Positions 9,426-22,147 of a stretch of DNA of 64,000 nt are shown here, piece by piece; the first letter of the stretch is position 1, and the number at the start of each line of letters is the position of its first letter. The notes below the pieces were generated by a model. The model was not told where the DNA came from. It did no database searches and saw only the letters and a program-made list of their open reading frames with translations. The translations under genes and the position numbers were made by a program. The stretch is from Ascoidea asiatica JCM 7603 (taxonomy: Eukaryota; Fungi; Ascomycota). Where the stretch lies: NCBI GenBank assembly GCA_001600695.1, contig BCKQ01000009.1, positions 140,813 to 204,812 on the forward strand, in the 5' to 3' direction.

Positions 9426-12308
9426 TTATTGATACGGACGCATCCATTTCTTGATATCACCACCATAACTAGTTACCCAAATTCCACTTTCAGTGAATTC
9501 TATTCCACTTAATCTATTTAATTCACAATCTAAAATACTTATTGGTTGTATAGAAGGAATATCAGCTTTTGGAGAAAATGAATAAATAGTTGTTCCATCA
9601 TCCGTTATAACTCCAACATTTGAAGAATGAAAATCAGTTGAATTCATTGAAGGTATTCTAGAATTTTTATTTCCATTAGAAGAACCTAATAAAGCTTTAT
9701 TTAAAGAAATAGTTTTTTTAACTTGATTCTTTTGAAGTTGTTGTTGAAGTTGCAAAATAGAACTACTACTTTCAGTTCTTTTATTTGTTAAACTACTTAT
9801 ACTTTGAGATTTTGGTCTATTTACATTATGTCTACTATGAGTTGTAGAATTGATTGGATTGATTCTTTGAGTTGTATTTGAATTTGAATTTGAATTTTGT
9901 CCAGGATTAGTATTTGAATGTGAAATAGAAGAATGATGACGATGACTACCTTGTTGATGATGATGATGACGTTTTTTAATTTTTGGTAAAGATTTAGGTG
10001 TAAAATCCCATAATAATAATCTACCATCATCGCTTACAGAACCTAATCTATAAGTTGTTGGAGATTGTTTTGAAATAGGAGGACATTTTAAATAATCAAA
10101 ACTTATTGAACGTATCCAAGAATGATGACCTTGTAATCTTGCAATTAATTTTATTTGAATTTGATTATTTTTTTGAATTGAAGATATATCTATATGATCT
10201 AAAGTCTTTTGATCTGAAATTTTAATATCGGATTTATTATCAGATTCATTTTGTGATTGCAATAATTGCAGCTGTTGTTGTTGTTGTTGCTTTTGCTGTT
10301 TTTGTTGTAATAAAATAGATGAAAAACTTATTTCATAAACATTAATTAAATCATCTTGACCACCAACCATTAAATATTTACCATCCGGAGACCAAGTTGA
10401 ACAAATCTGACCACCAAAAAAAGAAGGTACAATATCAGTAATTGATTCATTTTTATAATTAAAAAGTCTTAAAAAACCATCATCAGAAGTAAAAGCAAAA
10501 TAATCATCAGATAATAATTTATTTTTAGAAACAGAAATTGAAGTTATTGGATTTTTAGAAACTTTATAATGAGAAACTGGATTAAAATCTTGAAAAGAAA
10601 TATCTTTTGAAGATTTTATAATTCTTAAATATTTTCTTTTCTTTTTTGAGCCACTATTGTTATTATTATTATTGAATGAATTTAGTTTATTATAATAATC
10701 TTCAATATCATCTTTTTCTCTATCAAAAATAATTATTGAACCATCAGCAAAAGCAACAATGAAATTTAAACCATTTCTAAACCATTTTATATCAATAATT
10801 TGATGAGAAGAAATTTTACCATTTTTATTAAATCTTGAATATTTATTTATAAAAGGATCATACCAAACAATATCACCATTTGCAAAAGAAATTAAAATAT
10901 CTAAATGATTTTCAATATCATTATTTGAATTTTGAGAAATAATAATTTTTGTATATAAATATATAACTTTAGTTATAGTTGAAGGAAAAGTGAATCTAAC
11001 TAATGGAATATCTTCTAAATATTCTGAATCATTTATTACTAAATTATTATTATTATTATTATTATTTTCACTTTCATTACCACTACCACTACTATTATTA
11101 TTATTGTTATTATTGCTGTTATTATTATCATTTGAATTATTTTGATTTTTTTTTTTAACTGAGAATAAATTAAAAACTCTACCATTACAAGCAATAATTA
11201 AAGAATCTGATTGAGATAATTTTTTATTAAAATTATCAACAACAATTGTTCTTGACATAAAATTTGAAGAATTTCTAGTTACAGAAGTTTTTGGAGTTTT
11301 TCTTAAACTTGAAGCTAAAGAAGATTGTTGAAAATTCTTTTTATTATTTGACCAATTTACAGATAATTTTTTTGTATTCAAATTTGATATTGAAGAATTT
11401 AATGATTGTGATTGAGATTGAGATAAATTTGAATTTGAATTTGAATTTGAATTTGAATTTGAGTTTGAGTTTGAATTAAAGTCCGAATTAGGATTGTTAT
11501 TATTGTTGGCATTAGTATTATTATTTGTATTTGTGATAGGATTTTGATTGACTAGAGTATTTAAGTTAATTATATTTAGGTTTGGATTATTAATTGAAGA
11601 TAAATTAATATATTGAGTCATACAACCAGGAGTTAAATGAACATATTTAAAAGGATCAGGTAATAAAGGATTAAGATTTGCCCCAAAAGGTAAAGATTCT
11701 AATGGACTATTATTATTGTTATTATTATTGTTTGAAGAATTATTTGAAGAATTATTTGAATTTGAAGGATGATTGTTATTATTATTGTTATTATTATTGT
11801 TATTGTTATTAGAATTAGAATTATTTGATTGATTGTTCAAATCTTGAGTAGAATTATCTATATTGATATTTGAATTAGTATTTGAATTTGAATTATTATT
11901 GGAGTAATCATTATTTGAATTATTTAAATAATCTCTATTAATAGTTAAAAATCCATTAATAAATTGTCTATTTTTTTCAAATTCAGAATTATTACCAGAA
12001 AATGAAATTAAATTATTTGAATTTTTTTCAATATTTGAATTTGGAATACCATATTTTAATTTATTTGGATCAAAAGTTTTTGGTAAAGAAATATAAGTAT
12101 TTGGATCAGAAGGTAATAATGGAGTTCTTGCAATAACTAAAGATAAAGTTTGTTTATAATAACCATCAATATTATCAAAATCTAAATCATTTGAAGGATT
12201 TGAATTACTTATAGCATTAAATTCAAGATAATTTATAGGACAAACACTTGCAGCTGGATTTATTGGTGGTGGTATGTAAACCTTGGGGGGTATGAACATA
12301 ATACTCAT
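9426..12308 (-). CDS. creC: CreC/WDR20-type WD40 protein (deubiquitinase cofactor, catabolite repression)
   Basis: SDDGFLRLF, SFFGGQICSTWSPDGKYLMVGGQDDLI, ARLQGHHSWI and YRLGSVSDDGRLLLWDF match the WDR20/CreC signature; poly-N and poly-Q insertions present. Confidence 0.85.
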   Translation of the reverse strand: MSIMFIPPKVYIPPPINPAASVCPINYLEFNAISNSNPSNDLDFDNIDGYYKQTLSLVIARTPLLPSDPNTYISLPKTFDPNKLKYGIPNSNIEKNSNNLISFSGNNSEFEKNRQFINGFLTINRDYLNNSNNDYSNNNSNSNTNSNINIDNSTQDLNNQSNNSNSNNNNNNNNNNNNNHPSNSNNSSNNSSNNNNNNNNSPLESLPFGANLNPLLPDPFKYVHLTPGCMTQYINLSSINNPNLNIINLNTLVNQNPITNTNNNTNANNNNNPNSDFNSNSNSNSNSNSNSNSNLSQSQSQSLNSSISNLNTKKLSVNWSNNKKNFQQSSLASSLRKTPKTSVTRNSSNFMSRTIVVDNFNKKLSQSDSLIIACNGRVFNLFSVKKKNQNNSNDNNNSNNNNNNNSSGSGNESENNNNNNNNLVINDSEYLEDIPLVRFTFPSTITKVIYLYTKIIISQNSNNDIENHLDILISFANGDIVWYDPFINKYSRFNKNGKISSHQIIDIKWFRNGLNFIVAFADGSIIIFDREKDDIEDYYNKLNSFNNNNNNSGSKKKRKYLRIIKSSKDISFQDFNPVSHYKVSKNPITSISVSKNKLLSDDYFAFTSDDGFLRLFNYKNESITDIVPSFFGGQICSTWSPDGKYLMVGGQDDLINVYEISFSSILLQQKQQKQQQQQQLQLLQSQNESDNKSDIKISDQKTLDHIDISSIQKNNQIQIKLIARLQGHHSWIRSISFDYLKCPPISKQSPTTYRLGSVSDDGRLLLWDFTPKSLPKIKKRHHHHQQGSHRHHSSISHSNTNPGQNSNSNSNTTQRINPINSTTHSRHNVNRPKSQSISSLTNKRTESSSSILQLQQQLQKNQVKKTISLNKALLGSSNGNKNSRIPSMNSTDFHSSNVGVITDDGTTIYSFSPKADIPSIQPISILDCELNRLSGIEFTESGIWVTSYGGDIKKWMRPYQ

Positions 12309-13006
12309 TTTGAAGATAGATTATATCAAAATACTTCTTAAGATGCTTGTCATTTCCTTTAAAGTAAGGTAATTGATAATAATCAATCAGATTAATAAAA
12401 CCTTTTGGTTGATATAGATACAGTATATGAAATTGTTTCAATGAGTTTTAAAAGCAGATAAAGACAGTTTATATTTAAGCTACTTTAATATTCCAGAGTA
12501 TGGGGAATCGGGGAACTTAATCAATTATTCAATTGACTGACTGCACACGCAGCAACGACGAAGACAAAGACACAGCGAGACAAGCCACTGGAAAAAGTGG
12601 GTGAAAGTGGCAGACGTGGATAGTGTATGGCTAGTAAAAGTGGCACATTAATGGCTAATTAGTTACCTTGATTATGGACTCAACTAGAAGCACTTGCACT
12701 TGAGACCGTATTTGCGGTGGCTCTTATTTATAATTAATTACGTAATCGACAATATTTTATTTTTCTTTTGCTTTGAGCAGAGGAAGAATAAATAAATAAA
12801 GATGAATGAATGAATGAATGAAAATAGAGACGAGATATTATTACAGAACTTACTGAAGGTGCTTGAAGAAGAGAAACTATCTTCCAAGAACAAGAACAGC
12901 AAATGAAGAGATAAACATTGAATAATACTCAGAAAGATAGATCAATAGATAGATAGATGAGAGTGGTGTTTATTGGATTGCTTTAATTCTTTATATATTA
13001 TCAGAA

Positions 13007-13511
13007 ATGAAGGTATGTGATGTTTATAACTCCTTAATTTTTACTTTCCTTTTTTAATAATCAAAATACTAATTATTAATTGATATTATAGATTTTAGTT
13101 CAAAGAGATAAATTTTTATCTGATTTTGAAGTTTTGCAACATTTAAATGAGATTAAAATAGATAATCATTGGGATAATGATATTGCAAAAAAAAAATTTG
13201 AAGAAAAAAGAAAAAGATATACAAATTTACCAAATTTACAAGTAATTGTTAATGATTTATATGATTATTTTCAAAAAATTAATAATATTAATAATTTATC
13301 AATACAATCTTTTACAAATATTTTAAATAAATTAAATCAATATCCTTTTGAAAAAATTGAAAAATTACAAATTATTAATAATTTACCAACAAATATTGTT
13401 TTATTATATTCAATAATTGAAGAATGTGATATAAGATTTGATGAAGATATTTGTAATTCAATTTTACAAGTTATTATAGATAATTTACCAGAACAACAAC
13501 AACAACAATAA
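13007..13511 (+). CDS. RPC17: RNA polymerase III subunit C17 (Rpb4-like); exons 13007-13012 and 13092-13511
   Basis: ATG AAG | GTATGT...TACTAAT...TAG | gives MKILVQRDKFLSDFEVLQHL; C-terminal EKLQIINNLPTNIVLLYSIIEECDIRF is the HRDC-like Rpc17 signature. Confidence 0.9.
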
Positions 13512-13519
13512 CCAGAACC

Positions 13520-14592
13520 TTAGGTTATTTTATTTTCATTTTTATTTTTATATATTGTATTTAATTCAATTAACATTGATTTTAAATAATTTACATTATT
13601 TAAATTTTTTTCAATTTTAAATTTTTCTTCTTGTAATTTTAATCTTTTTTTATAATTAAATTTTTTAAATAAATAATTTCCATTACCATTAAATTGTAAA
13701 AGATAATTATGAAATTTCCATAATGAATTTCTATGAGCAACTGATAAAACTGAAATTTTTAATTCTTTTAAACCATATTCATACATTTTATTTTCCATTT
13801 CTGGTGAAACTTGTGATGTACATTCATCTAAAACTGCAAATTTTGGACAATGATAATATAATCTTGCCATTGCTAATTTTTGTTGAGATCCTAATGATAA
13901 TTCTTCTGACCAATTTCTAATTAAATCAAATTCATCTCTTTCAATTTCAATTTCCATTTTCATTTTCATTTCATTATTAATTTCACTCTTAACTTGACTC
14001 TTAACTTGACTCTTAACTTCACTATTAATTTCACTATTAATTTCACTCTTAATTTCACTCTTAATTTCACTCTTAATTTCATTTTTATTTGAAAATTCAA
14101 GAGATAAGTAATCATTATCATTATCATCATCATTGATTGTTGAAATTGAAGAATTATCATCATAAAATTCATCATAACTATTTAAATTTCTTTTTAATTT
14201 TTTATAATTTTTATTTTTAACTAAATTATCTAATTCTAAAATTTTAATAATTTTCCATAAATTTTTTATAGTTTTTTTTCTTTCAATTAAATTTAAATTT
14301 TCTTTATTAAATTCTTCTAAAGTTTTTGGATAAATTATTTGTTCTTTTAAAGAAGTTTTACCTTTTAATAAATATGGTTTTTGTGGTAAATAAAAAATAT
14401 TTGAATTTGGTATAATTAATTCACCATTATTATAAGGCCATAAACCATTTAAAATTCTAAATAAAGAAGATTTACCAGAACCATTTGGACCAATAATTAA
14501 TAAATTATCACCATAATTAATTTTAAAAGTTAAAGATTTAATTAAAATTTGACCTGTTGGAGTTGATAATGGAATTTTATTAAAAGAAATTA

Positions 14593-14627
<35 letters not shown>

Positions 14628-16162
14628 GAAAGTTTGTTATTATTATTATTAGTTAAATTTAATTCTGAAATTTTTAAATTATCTAAAGTATTTTTAAATT
14701 CAATAATTCTTTGAGAATAACCATAAACTTCATCAATATATTTTTTTGAAGATAAAATTTGACCTAAAGAAACTGAGGCACTTAATAATAATCTTCTATT
14801 TCTTATAAAATCTTGAGAAATTAAATCTTGATTTATAATATTATTTAAATTTGAATTAAATATTGGAAATGAACATAATATTAAACCTAAAGCACCCCAA
14901 GTATATTTTATAATAAAAGTTTTTAATAAATCATAAATTGCGAATTTTTTAAAAGAAGATTTTAAAAATTGTTCAATTTTAAAATAAGATAAATCTAAAT
15001 TATTTAATTCTTTTTTATAACCTCTTAATAAAGCAATTTGTTCATTATTATTAATAATTTTTGAATGTAAAGTTTTAAAATTTGATTCAATTGAAGATTT
15101 AAATTTTATTAAATTTGAAAATTTTGGTGAAAAAATTTTAATTATAAAAGTTGAAAAATGTATAATTAAAGCTAAAAATAAAGTTAATTCAGGTTGAACA
15201 TTTGAATTATTAATTAATTGAGAAGAACAAAAAATTAAATTTAAAGAAGGATTAAATAATTTTATTGGTAATGAACTTAAAGTATTTGAAAAATTTGGTA
15301 TATCATAACAAAATCTTTGATGAGGATCAATAATATTATTATCTAAATGAATAATTTTATAAAAATAATCCAAGTAATTTGAGTCATTATTTTTTTTTGA
15401 AGAAAAAAAAAGTAAAGAATTATTTAAGTTGATTCTAATTAATTGAGATAAATAATTTGATAAGAATTGTAAAATTGAATTAATTAAAGATATTGGAATA
15501 CCAATTAATAACCAAATAAATATTAATTTAAAAAATTTTTTAAAATTATTTGAAATTAAATTCATAACTAAATAACCATCTAATTTTGCAATTTTTAAAT
15601 TTAAATAAATTTTTAAAATTAATAAAAAAATTTGTAAAAATAAAATTTTAAAAATTTGAATTGAATTTTTAAAATTTGGTAAAATTAAATTAATTAATTT
15701 TTTAAAATTTATTAATTTTTCATTATTTGTGAAATTTTTAAGTAATTTAAAAATTAAATTTTTTAAAGTTTTAATATTTAAATTTTTTAAGTTTTTTATA
15801 GATAAGATTTTAATTAATGAATTTATATTTAATTTTAATTTTCTCTTTTTAAGTTTTTGTTTTTGATTATGATTCTTTAAGGAATTTTCTGATAATAATT
15901 TTGAATTTGAAATTTGATTTAAATTACTTATTGAATCGGAAGAAGATCGAGATGAAGAAGATTGTGATGAAGAAGAAGAAGAAGAAGTTTTATAAAATCT
16001 ATTGAAATCAGAACCAGTTAAAGTTGATAATATTAATAATATATAACAAGATTTTAAAATTATATTTTTATTCTTGAAATAAAAATTTATTATTGAAAAT
16101 CTTTTTTTATTTTGAATGAAAGATTTTGTAGAAATTGAAGATATTGAATATATTGAAGACAT
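13520..16162 (-). CDS. PXA2: Peroxisomal ABCD half-transporter for long-chain fatty acyl-CoA
   Basis: EAA-like EQIALLRG, Walker A GPNGSGKSSLFR, FYLPQKPY, signature WSEELSLGSQQKLAMAR, Walker B AVLDECTS and H-loop SVAHR. The N-terminal ILKSCYILLILSTL resembles Pxa2 rather than Pxa1. Confidence 0.85.
13976..14082 (-). repeat. 12-bp coding minisatellite (SEIK/SEIN/SQVK, about 9 units) within the PXA2 nucleotide-binding domain
   Basis: Repeated ttaatttcactc / ttaacttgactc units on the + strand. Confidence 0.85.
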
Positions 16163-17107
16163 GATTGAAATTTGGAATATGAAAGTAATGAATTAAAGAA
16201 ATCTAATGGATTGATTTGAATGAATCAATAAAACACATAATTTATAATTGATGATTGATGAATGAATAGAAAGAAGAAAAGAAAGAAGAAAAGAAAGAAG
16301 AAAAGAAAGAAGAAAAGAAGGTGAAATTGCTGATATTTATACATTTATAAAAAAATGAGAATTGAATCAAAGGAAGGTTTGTTCATTGGCAGCTGACAGG
16401 GCCGGCAATCGGCAAGAGACTCGGACACGAAGAGAAGCAGTGAGTGCGCAGTGCGGAGAAGGCACGGGGTGCAGGGAGAAGCAGAAACACCGCTGACATG
16501 TGCAAATTTAAGACAGGGTGGCGTCAGCGACGGAGACGCGATTCGAGACGCAAGTTGAAACGCATTTTCAAGTTTTGCGTGTAGGACAGGCTTGTCCTGG
16601 ATGTGTAATATTGGACATCGTATCATATATTATAGGGCGCCTAGCTATGTTTGTTTGTGGCAGGGAATACAGCATAAATTATTTATTTTCAGTTTCAACA
16701 TGTAAGTTACAAATTGATATTGAAGTTATACAGTATTTATTGCCAGAAGTCTACCAAAATGATGACAATGAAATTAAAGAGATTATGAATCAGCAGTCAT
16801 TTCTATTATACAACTAGACAAGCCTCATAACTGAAGCTTTCTTTGAATATCTAGACTTGAATATCTCTAGACATGAGCGACCTAAGCAAATTGACACTTT
16901 ATCATTATCCAATTTGAAATAACCAATTGGTTAAATCTTCCAAAAGTATTTTGCCTTTTCTAGAGTTTCCAATAAAGCATAAGTAATATCTTCTAAGCTT
17001 TGTTTCCCAAAATACTTCAGTAAACAGTCAATTCTCATAATTACTCAATATTTTGTTCATTTTTTATTTCTTAATGAACAATTTGAATATTAATTCTTTA
17101 TCATTCT

Positions 17108-19213
17108 TTAATCATCACAATCAATTTCATTTTCTTGATAAATAAAAACTCCCCAATTATCTTCTTCTTCTTCATCTTCATTTTTAATTTCTTTATTTCT
17201 ATTACTATTCTTAAAATTATTAAATTTCATTAAATCTTCTCTAAAATCAATTTCATTATCATTATCATTATTTAATTGTTCAGTTGAATTAAAATAATAT
17301 TTACTTTCTTTTTCTTTTCCTTTTCCTTTAGATCTCCTAATTTCTTTATTTCCATGATCACTATCAATATCACTATTAATATTTTCAAGAGGTATATTAT
17401 TATTATCATTATTATTATTATTATTATTAAAATAATTTATATTATTTTTTTTTTTAAATTTTTTTCTTAAATTTTCTCTAATTTTATTTTCTCTTTCTCT
17501 TAATGATGATGTAACTGATGTTGATCTTGGTATTGGTAATCCATACAAAATTAATTGATCTGTAAAATTAATTAAATGTTTTGAAGTATTTTTTATAACT
17601 TTTTTAAATTTTATATTAAATTTATTAATTTTATTATCTTCTCCTTCATTTTCATTTTCATTTTCATTTTCATTTTCATTTTCATTTACTTCCTCATTAT
17701 CATTATTAATATTCTTAGAATTATCATTATTATTATCATTATCATTATCATGATCATTATCAATATTTATTTCACTAGAATTTAAACTATAATTCGAATT
17801 ACCATAATAATCTATACTTCCATTATCATTATTATTATTACTATTTGTATTACTATTTGTATTACTATTTGTATTACTATTTGAAAGAATTGAAATTTCT
17901 TTAAGTTCAGGTTGATTAATTAAACTAATTTTATTTGAATTTGAAAAATTACTATAATTATTGTCATTATTTCCTTTACTATTATTTTTGGTATTATTAT
18001 TATTATTATTATTATTTTCTTCATCTTCATAAATTGGTCTACCTAAAATTCCATTTTTTTCTTTAAATTTTTCAAAATGATGTACACGATTAATCCATTC
18101 CCAAACTAAAATTGTACTTAAAACATAACATGATGTATTAAAAATTTCACTTAATTCACTAACCCATAAATTTGAAACATCTGCAATAAAAAATGCAAAT
18201 TCTATATTTATAACTAAAATTGTTAAAATTGTTATAATTATTAAATTTTTTTTAAAAATTATTTTTCTTTTTATAAAACAATAAATTCCAATTAAAACTG
18301 TATACATTAAAGATAATGCAATTCTAAATAAATATATAAAAGCAGGTAAAATTGCAAATAAACTATTATCCTCACTTGTTGAATAATTATTATTATTATT
18401 ATTATAATTTGAATAATAATAATAATAATTATTTTTATTTAAATTTAAATTTGAATTAATTTTATAAATTGATAAATTTGAATTTTCATTATTTGAAAAA
18501 GTTGAAATTGCCCAAATTATTTGAGAAATTATAATTAATAAACTACCCATAAAAAAAGTAAATCTTTTCTCTTTTTGTCTTGAAAATAATCTCATAATTA
18601 TTTGAACTTGAACAAATTGTAAAATTGAAATTACAAAAAAATCAATAATATTAAAAGGTTTATAACTTGTTAAAAAATCATTAAATAATTCACCTGAATT
18701 TATATTTAATAATTGATTATTTTTTTTTAAAAAAATTATTGAAATTATTGATAATAAAATTAAATTTATTGAAGCTAAAATTGAACCTAATTTTAATAAA
18801 AAACTTGGTTTTGAATTAAAATTTGTAAATAAAATTATTGTTAAAAATACAGAAATTACTGTTGAAGTTGTTATTGAAAAAATTGTTGGAAAAATACTAT
18901 TAATAAAATGACCATCAGAATTTGAAATAAATAATTTCCAATCATTTTGAATATCAATTAATTGATTATTATAAATTAATGAAGTTTTTTGATTTATTGA
19001 AGTATAACATGGTTTTGAATGATAACATGAAGGTTGATAATTGAAGATAATTTGATTTGAATTTAAATCATCAAATATTAATGAATTTTGAGGTGAAATT
19101 AAAGAACCTTGATTAAATTTATGTATTGAACAAGAATTATAAACTTCTTGATTTATTGAATATCTCCAAAAGGCATCTCTTTTTTTCTTGAATTTATTAT
19201 TAAATGATATCAT
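17108..19213 (-). CDS. RIM21: PalH/Rim21-family 7-TM ambient pH sensor
   Basis: Multiple TM helices, QVQIIMRLFSRQKEKR and VWEWINRVHHFEKFKEKNGILGRPIYED (PalH domain). The Dfg16 paralog cannot be fully excluded. Confidence 0.8.
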   Translation of the reverse strand: MISFNNKFKKKRDAFWRYSINQEVYNSCSIHKFNQGSLISPQNSLIFDDLNSNQIIFNYQPSCYHSKPCYTSINQKTSLIYNNQLIDIQNDWKLFISNSDGHFINSIFPTIFSITTSTVISVFLTIILFTNFNSKPSFLLKLGSILASINLILLSIISIIFLKKNNQLLNINSGELFNDFLTSYKPFNIIDFFVISILQFVQVQIIMRLFSRQKEKRFTFFMGSLLIIISQIIWAISTFSNNENSNLSIYKINSNLNLNKNNYYYYYSNYNNNNNNYSTSEDNSLFAILPAFIYLFRIALSLMYTVLIGIYCFIKRKIIFKKNLIIITILTILVINIEFAFFIADVSNLWVSELSEIFNTSCYVLSTILVWEWINRVHHFEKFKEKNGILGRPIYEDEENNNNNNNNTKNNSKGNNDNNYSNFSNSNKISLINQPELKEISILSNSNTNSNTNSNTNSNNNNDNGSIDYYGNSNYSLNSSEINIDNDHDNDNDNNNDNSKNINNDNEEVNENENENENENENEGEDNKINKFNIKFKKVIKNTSKHLINFTDQLILYGLPIPRSTSVTSSLRERENKIRENLRKKFKKKNNINYFNNNNNNNDNNNIPLENINSDIDSDHGNKEIRRSKGKGKEKESKYYFNSTEQLNNDNDNEIDFREDLMKFNNFKNSNRNKEIKNEDEEEEDNWGVFIYQENEIDCDD

Positions 19214-19837
19214 TTAAAGAAACAAAAGAATCTTTAAGATATAAGAGTACATTAGTTTCAATCACTCTTTTATTATCTTCTTATCGTCTTCTTTTAGATT
19301 AGTTCTTATCACCCCCAATCAACACAATATATCCATTTAATAGAGTAACAGAGCAATGAACAATAAAGTAATAATGTAATATAGCAATAAACTAGTGTTT
19401 CTTTGATATAATATATACAAACTGATAGTGATTCCAATAAAATAACTGCCTCTCTTCTTCTCTTTCTTCTAATTCCTCTTATTCACCTTCTCTTAACAGA
19501 CCTTCTTTAGATTCGATCAAATTTCTGATTGTCTTTGAGAAGGCGAAACAAAACAATTTTATTTTGTTGACAGCCCGCAGCCAGCTGGAAACTGGAGCTG
19601 GGCTGAAGAAGACCCGCAGAACTGGCGCCAGAGAAAGAATTTTTATTGCCGTTGAAAAATAAAAAAAAGAAAAATAAAGAAATAAGAGAAAAGAAGGTGA
19701 AAGAAGAGAAAGAAGAGAAAGAAGAGAAAGAAGATGAGTTTGACGAGGATGAGAAGAAGAAGAAGAAGAAGAGAAGTGATCAGTTAGTTGCAGGATTGAT
19801 ATATTGTATATAGAGGAGATATTGATGGGACTGTGAG

Positions 19838-22147
19838 ATGAGTGGAAAGAATAATCATTACAATAATAGAGAAAATGGAGTACGCAAAGCACATAAACAG
19901 GACTTCAATAACAAATTCAAGAAGAATAATAGGAAAAAAAAAAGAAATCAGTATCCTATTAAAATCAAGTTTGATGATGAACCAAGTGAGAATAAGCAAA
20001 CCGCTGACACTATAATAAAGACTGAAGACAATGAAAATAAAGAAAATAAAGAAAGTCAAGAAGAAAATGGAAACTTACAGCTGCAGAAAAATATAAATCA
20101 AAATTCAAATAAATTAAAAACTGTGAATTTTTATTCAAGTGATGAAGATAATGATGAAGATTCAGAAAATTTAAATTTTAGATATTCAAAATATGAATTG
20201 AGAAAAAAAAAAGAATCTTTAATAGATATTAGGAAATCACTTCCTGTATATTCTGTTAAAGATTTAATTATAGATCATATTAAAAAAAATCAAGTAACTG
20301 TAATTATTGGAGAAACAGGTTCTGGTAAATCAACTCAAATTCCTCAATTTTTATTACCTGATAATGATAAAGTCATAGCTATTACTCAACCAAGAAGAGT
20401 GGCTGCCATAAATTTAGCTTCAAGAGTTTCTCAAGAAATGGGTGTTCAATTAGGTTCTGAAGTTGGTTATTCTGTAAGATTTGATAATAGATCAAATAAT
20501 AAAACAAAATTGAAATATTTAACTGATGGTATGCTTTTAAGAGAATTAATGCTTGATTTAAATTTATCTTCTTATTCAACTATAATTATTGATGAAGCTC
20601 ATGAAAGAACAATATTAACTGATTTATTATTAGGTTTTTTAAAAGATTTAATTTCAAATAAAAGAAAAAATGATTTAAAATTAATTATTATGTCTGCAAC
20701 TTTAGATGCAGAAAAATTTTCTAATTTTTTTAATAATTCTAAAATTTTATATATTAAAGGTAAAATGTTTTCTGTTGAAAGATTATATTTATCTGAACCT
20801 TTAAATGATCTTATAGATTCAATATTAAAAGCTATAATTCAAATTAATAATGGTGAACCACAAGGTGATATTTTAACTTTTTTACCAGGTCAAGAAGAAA
20901 TTGATAAATTAAATTTAATGCTTTTAAAATTATCTCCTTTATTACCAAAAACTGCTCCAATAATAGTACCATTTCCTTTATATGCTGCTTTACCACCAAT
21001 AAAACAATTAAATATTTTTAAAAATTTACCAAAAAATAGAAGAAAAGTAATTTTAGCAACAAATATTGCTGAAACTTCAATAACTGTACCTGGTGTAAGA
21101 TATGTTATAGATTCAGGTTTAAGAAAAATAAAAGTTTGGAAACATAAATTAGGTATTGCATCTTTATTAACTGTACCAATTTCAATGGCTTCTGCAACTC
21201 AAAGAGCTGGTAGAGCTGGTAGAGAAGCTCCTGGTAAAAATTTTAGATTATATACTGAAAAAGATTATTTAAATTTACCAAAACAAACTGAACCTGAAAT
21301 TGTTAGATCAAATTTATCACAATCTATATTAACTCTAAAAAAATTAAAAGTTGATGATATTTTAAATTGGTCTTGGCTTGAATATCCTTCAAGAGATTCA
21401 ATAATTGCTTCTTTATCTGAATTACATATGTTAAAAGCTTTAGATGATTCTGGAAAAATTACAAATCTAGGTAATCAAATGGCTCTTTTACCTGTTGAAC
21501 CTCAATTAGCTACAGTTTTAATATCTGCAAATAATTTCAATTGTCTTTCTTCAACAATAGATATTGTATCTTGTCTTAATGTTCAAAATTTAATAATGAA
21601 TCCATTTCCTGATAAAAGAGATGAAATTAATGAAAAAAGAAAAAATATTTGTCATTTAGGTTCTAAATTTGGTGATTTATTAATGTATAAAGAAATTTTA
21701 GATTATTATTTAGATATGCCAAATGAAAAACAAAGAAAATTATGGTGTGAAGAATTATGTTTTAATCATAGAGGTTTTAAAAATGTTTTAAAAATTAGAA
21801 ATCAATTAAAAGATTATATGAAAAAATTAAATTCAAATATTGAATTTGAATCAAATGATAAAATTAAACCTGATAATATTTTAAAATCTTTTTTAAGAGG
21901 GTTTGTTACAAATACTGCTTTAGGTTTACCTGATAGATCTTATAGAACAGTAAATTCAGGTCAATTAATTTCAATTCATCCATCATCTTTATTATTTGGA
22001 AAAAGAAATGATGCTATATTATATATTGAATCTGTTCTTACAACAAAAGCATATGCTAGAAATTGTAGTTCAATTGAAGTTTCATGGATACAAGAAGTTG
22101 CTCCTCATATATTTGGAACTAGAATTAGTGTTGATAAGAATATATAA
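19838..22147 (+). CDS. DHR2: DEAH-box RNA helicase for 18S rRNA processing
   Basis: GETGSGKSTQIPQ, TQPRRVAAINLA, DEAHER, MSATL, ATNIAETS, KIKVWKH and QRAGRAGRE; short N-terminus typical of Dhr2. Confidence 0.88.
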   Translation: MSGKNNHYNNRENGVRKAHKQDFNNKFKKNNRKKKRNQYPIKIKFDDEPSENKQTADTIIKTEDNENKENKESQEENGNLQLQKNINQNSNKLKTVNFYSSDEDNDEDSENLNFRYSKYELRKKKESLIDIRKSLPVYSVKDLIIDHIKKNQVTVIIGETGSGKSTQIPQFLLPDNDKVIAITQPRRVAAINLASRVSQEMGVQLGSEVGYSVRFDNRSNNKTKLKYLTDGMLLRELMLDLNLSSYSTIIIDEAHERTILTDLLLGFLKDLISNKRKNDLKLIIMSATLDAEKFSNFFNNSKILYIKGKMFSVERLYLSEPLNDLIDSILKAIIQINNGEPQGDILTFLPGQEEIDKLNLMLLKLSPLLPKTAPIIVPFPLYAALPPIKQLNIFKNLPKNRRKVILATNIAETSITVPGVRYVIDSGLRKIKVWKHKLGIASLLTVPISMASATQRAGRAGREAPGKNFRLYTEKDYLNLPKQTEPEIVRSNLSQSILTLKKLKVDDILNWSWLEYPSRDSIIASLSELHMLKALDDSGKITNLGNQMALLPVEPQLATVLISANNFNCLSSTIDIVSCLNVQNLIMNPFPDKRDEINEKRKNICHLGSKFGDLLMYKEILDYYLDMPNEKQRKLWCEELCFNHRGFKNVLKIRNQLKDYMKKLNSNIEFESNDKIKPDNILKSFLRGFVTNTALGLPDRSYRTVNSGQLISIHPSSLLFGKRNDAILYIESVLTTKAYARNCSSIEVSWIQEVAPHIFGTRISVDKNI

